This document shows, piece by piece, positions 60,811-64,000 of a stretch of 64,000 bases of DNA (within the stretch, counting starts at the first letter, position 1; the number at the start of each line of letters is the position of its first letter). Origin of the DNA: Carcharhinus longimanus (taxonomy: Eukaryota); contig JASCQW010000109.1 in the NCBI GenBank assembly GCA_030264375.1, positions 37,466,076-37,530,075 on the forward strand, given 5' to 3'. A model generated the notes under the pieces. The model was not told the origin of the DNA. It searched no databases and worked only from the letters and a program-made list of their open reading frames with translations. A program made the translations under genes and the position numbers.

Positions 60811-62189
60811 CACCACAACACTTGAGACCTCAGAGCCAGACTTTCAGATAAGAGAAATATTCAGGGAACAGCCTTCCCAGACTTCCTCTTCATCCCTGTG
60901 GTTGCTGCGGCCTCAAAAATCCAAGGATTTGTGAATCCTATTGTGTCCCACTCATTTTCCCTGATTGGTCAGGAAGTCTGGAAAAATGGAATAACAATAA
61001 GTTTGCTCTGGTAAAAAGCTAGGTCAGATTCCAGACTCAAAAATGTTCTTCCAGCAGGGACTAAGGGAAGTCTCTTGAAATGACTCTTATTTGTTCCTAG
61101 AAAGGCCTTGTGACATTAAATTCAAGAACAATGTTGACCTTTCTTGCTACTGGTGATAAATAGCTGATATGTTGCAGCTGATCTGCTGACTTCTTGTACC
61201 TACCCAGATACCATCTTCAGTGTCTGTCCATCATCTGGTCCTGTTTCATTACAATATATCCACCAATGGCCACTTTGTCCAGGTCCTCTGATATATAAAA
61301 GAATACTGTAGTTTATTTGTTTGTGTCACTTTTGTATTTTTCTGGCCTGTTAAATTCATTAACACCAGTTCTGGCCATGTACAAGGTTCTCAGTTTTTAG
61401 TTTGACCCTGCCACTGGAATACAGGATGGCTCCTTACAAATGTCCTTAAAAGGCATTCCTTTTACTTAATTATCACAGACATTTGTTAAAACAACATCCG
61501 GGAGCAAGAAATGTCAGAACTCATTAAACAAAACTTTTTTTTACAACATTATCTCACATTTTAGTTGTTTAAATCTCATAATAAATTAACAAAATGAAAC
61601 GTGGCTCACGAGGTTCTGAAAATATGGCAAGTATTTCTGTAGTACTAAGATTTACCTTTAGAAGGTGCTAAAGCATAGTTTTTATTGCAAAGCCACTCAC
61701 AAAAATACCAAAGTGGAAACCGAATAGAACATTTCAGGACAAAGCCATGAAAGCAAAGGTGAAAAATGATGTAATGTTTCAATGTTTGCATGCACAGTAC
61801 TATTAAAACATGATCAAATTATTTTAACAATATGAACTATGATCTAATGTATGGTGATCTGTTTCCCCCATCCTTACCACCAGTGTTGCATCTTTATGTT
61901 AGGATTAACCTGATTGCATTTGAAAAGATAGCTGTTTGACTTAGTGTGGGCACAATGGTTTTTCTTTTTATCATGCAGCATTGCTGAAGCCTGCGTTGAG
62001 GGAAATATGCAACAGTGCAAGAGTGCATAATGCTCCTATGTTATTTTTGTTTCTTCTGTATATTTTTTCCTACTCTGTATTCTGCTGTTGAAGTGAATAT
62101 GAGCAAGTATGTAACTAATGAGCTGGGGTGACACCCCTCTGTGCCCTGTACTCTGCTGCCCACAGAATTTCTGCTTCCAGTGAGAACTG

Positions 62190-62382
62190 TCATAGAATAG
62201 AACAGAATCAATAGAATACAGTGCAGAAGAAGGCCATTGAGCTCATTGAGCCTGCACCGACAACAGGGCCCTATCCCTATAACCCCACATATTTATCCCA
62301 CTAATCCCTCTAACCTATGCATCCCAGGACACTGAGGCAATTTAGCATGGCCAATCAACCTAACCTGCACAGTTTTGGACAT
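62190..62382 (-). mobile_element. HE1 SINE, 3' half
   Basis: TACAGTGCAGAAGAAGGCCATT...CAATTTAGCATGGCCAATCAACCTAACCTGCACA. Confidence 0.85.
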
Positions 62383-63540
62383 CTAACTCCACATCCTCCA
62401 GCAACTGTTCCAGATATATGACACTAGGGATCAGTAGGTGCATGGCCACAGCCATTATTAGTCCACATCTTTCCATCTCACTCGAGTACAGTGGGTTAAT
62501 GTCACAACCACATAACCATGGGAATGGATTTTGCGATCAATAACAAGTGCATAGTGTCATTCATTATACCCTAACTTGACAACAGACTTTCTATAGGCCC
62601 TTGCACTGGAGCTAGCTGTGATTAGAAGACCACTTTTGCACAATGCCTCTCTAGAAACTCTGAGCTCTATGTACACAGGGCAAGCAATTGTGTATCTATC
62701 TAAACAATCAGATTGAAGATTGGCTACTTAATGGTAAGGCTGAACTAGCAGGTGTTAATTAAGAATATTTAATTCAATGCCCAATCATGTAAGCAAAGTG
62801 AAATAAAAAGAGGGGGAAAAATGATGGGGTTAAGAAAGAATAGTAAGATACAAAAAAAACAAATTAATCCTTAATTATTTAATTTATTACCTTTGTTTAA
62901 GTCCTCAAATCTTAATAATAATAAAAATTTTAAGGAATTTTGAGTGATGGAGAAGTTTGTGGCAGTAATTAAGTCTTAATTATGCTATTAAAAATTGTTT
63001 TAGTTTGGAATGGGCAAGCCCAAAGTTTTTCTGGCATATTTAATGAATATATATTACATGAAAACAGCAACTTCATGCCATTCTGTTTATGTGAATGCCT
63101 AGTCTCTTGGCAAGGCACTGGTGTGGCAAAACCAATGGTACAGTACAAGCAATTTGGGTAGCAACCTCCTGATTTTTTGCCTATGTTGTTACCAGACGTT
63201 ACTGTTTGATTTACACTTCAATAACGATGAGTGTTGATAGCTTTATTGTTAATTTTACCATAAAATCAGGATCAACAAATTGTCACATTCCCAGTTCAGA
63301 GAAGCGCTAAGTGTATAGGAAATGCTGTGTAAATTGAAATGCTATACTAATAATATAAATTTTAATACAGTATTATTGTCAACTCAAAGAGCAGACAGGA
63401 CACATGGCAATGCGATCAGAAGTTATATTTTGTAATCAGTGGCGTAAGACCACCGTTACTGAAGTGTAAATCATTTAGCAACTTACAGTAACAAATGCAA
63501 AAATCAGGAAGTTGCTATCTAAATTGCTTTGCTCTTCCAG

Positions 63541-63638
63541 AATTTTTACCACACTGGTGCCTCACCAAGGACCTTGGCATTCACCTACATGGAATTGCAT
63601 GAACATGCATTTTTACAACAACTATGATTTCTTTTGAA
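63541..63638 (+). other. Candidate internal exon of the divergent transcript
   Basis: Strong acceptor TTGCTTTGCTCTTCCAG| and donor GAA|GTAAGT, 98 nt. All three frames contain a stop, but ACTATG at 63624 opens MISFE into the donor. Confidence 0.4.
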
Positions 63639-63746
63639 GTAAGTTTTCTATTAAAAAATGTCTTCTGCACAATACTTTATTTCAGTACTGCAATATATTA
63701 CTGATAAAATTAAAAAGGAAGGTTTTCTGAAAACACTGCATTGAAA

Positions 63747-63860
63747 CTGTGTACAGTTCTGGTCACCCTATTATTACTGTGTACTGCTCTGGTCACCCTA
63801 TTATTCTGTGTACAGTTCTGGTCACCCTATTATTCTGTGAACAGTTCTGGTCACTATTAC
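63747..63860 (+). repeat. 29-30 bp tandem repeat, about 3.8 copies
   Basis: Unit CTGTGTACAGTTCTGGTCACCCTATTATT starting at 63747, 63777, 63806 and 63835. Confidence 0.95.
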
Positions 63861-64000
63861 AAAAAGGATATTATTAAACTAGAAAGTGTGCAGAAAAGAT
63901 TTACTAGGATGCTACCAGAACGTGATGGATTGAGTTATAAGGAGAGGCTGGATAGACTAGGACTTTTTTCTCTGAAGCGTAGAAGGCTGAGGGGTGATCT
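63747..64000 (+). mobile_element. 5'-truncated CR1/HER1 running off the window
   Basis: Encodes CVQFWSPYY...KDIIKLESVQKRFTRMLP..LSYKERLDRLGLFSLKRRRLRGD. Confidence 0.9.

Noticed and set aside
61204-61290. Possible minus-strand exon (acceptor ...TATATCAG, donor GTAGGT) as part of ECSCR
   Set aside because: Translations do not resemble ECSCR as I recall it, and no partner exons were found.
63747-63860. CRISPR-like appearance of 29-bp repeats
   Set aside because: No spacers, the unit is CR1 coding sequence, and the DNA is vertebrate.

Overview
Eukaryotic (vertebrate) genomic DNA, almost certainly from a shark or other elasmobranch, judged from the many HE1 SINEs, HER1/CR1 LINE fragments and Deu-domain SINEs. 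It is a draft assembly with nine N-gaps. Two protein-coding genes are well supported, both on the minus strand. (1) An 8-exon DNAJC18 (CDS 56469->30154, 386 aa), assembled by hand with GT-AG junctions and consistent phases. (2) A single-coding-exon 1903-aa DUF4585-family gene (15341->9630), most likely the PROB1 orthologue by motifs and by its position next to DNAJC18. A CpG-rich promoter at about 56.3-56.8 kb looks bidirectional and may drive a divergent plus-strand transcript. The remainder is mostly decayed, often nested transposons (CR1/HER1, Rex1, HE1 and Deu SINEs, Penelope-derived palindromes, Harbinger and Gypsy remnants). The most interesting observations are: a ~12-copy ~34-aa repeat block in the PROB1-like protein; a DNAJB12/14-type N-terminal helix retained in this DNAJC18; long intronic hairpins carrying degenerate hammerhead-ribozyme cores; and possible relics of a decayed coding region between the two genes. 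I found no convincing wholly new biological system. Family assignments come from recalled consensus sequences, not database searches, and transposon boundaries are approximate.
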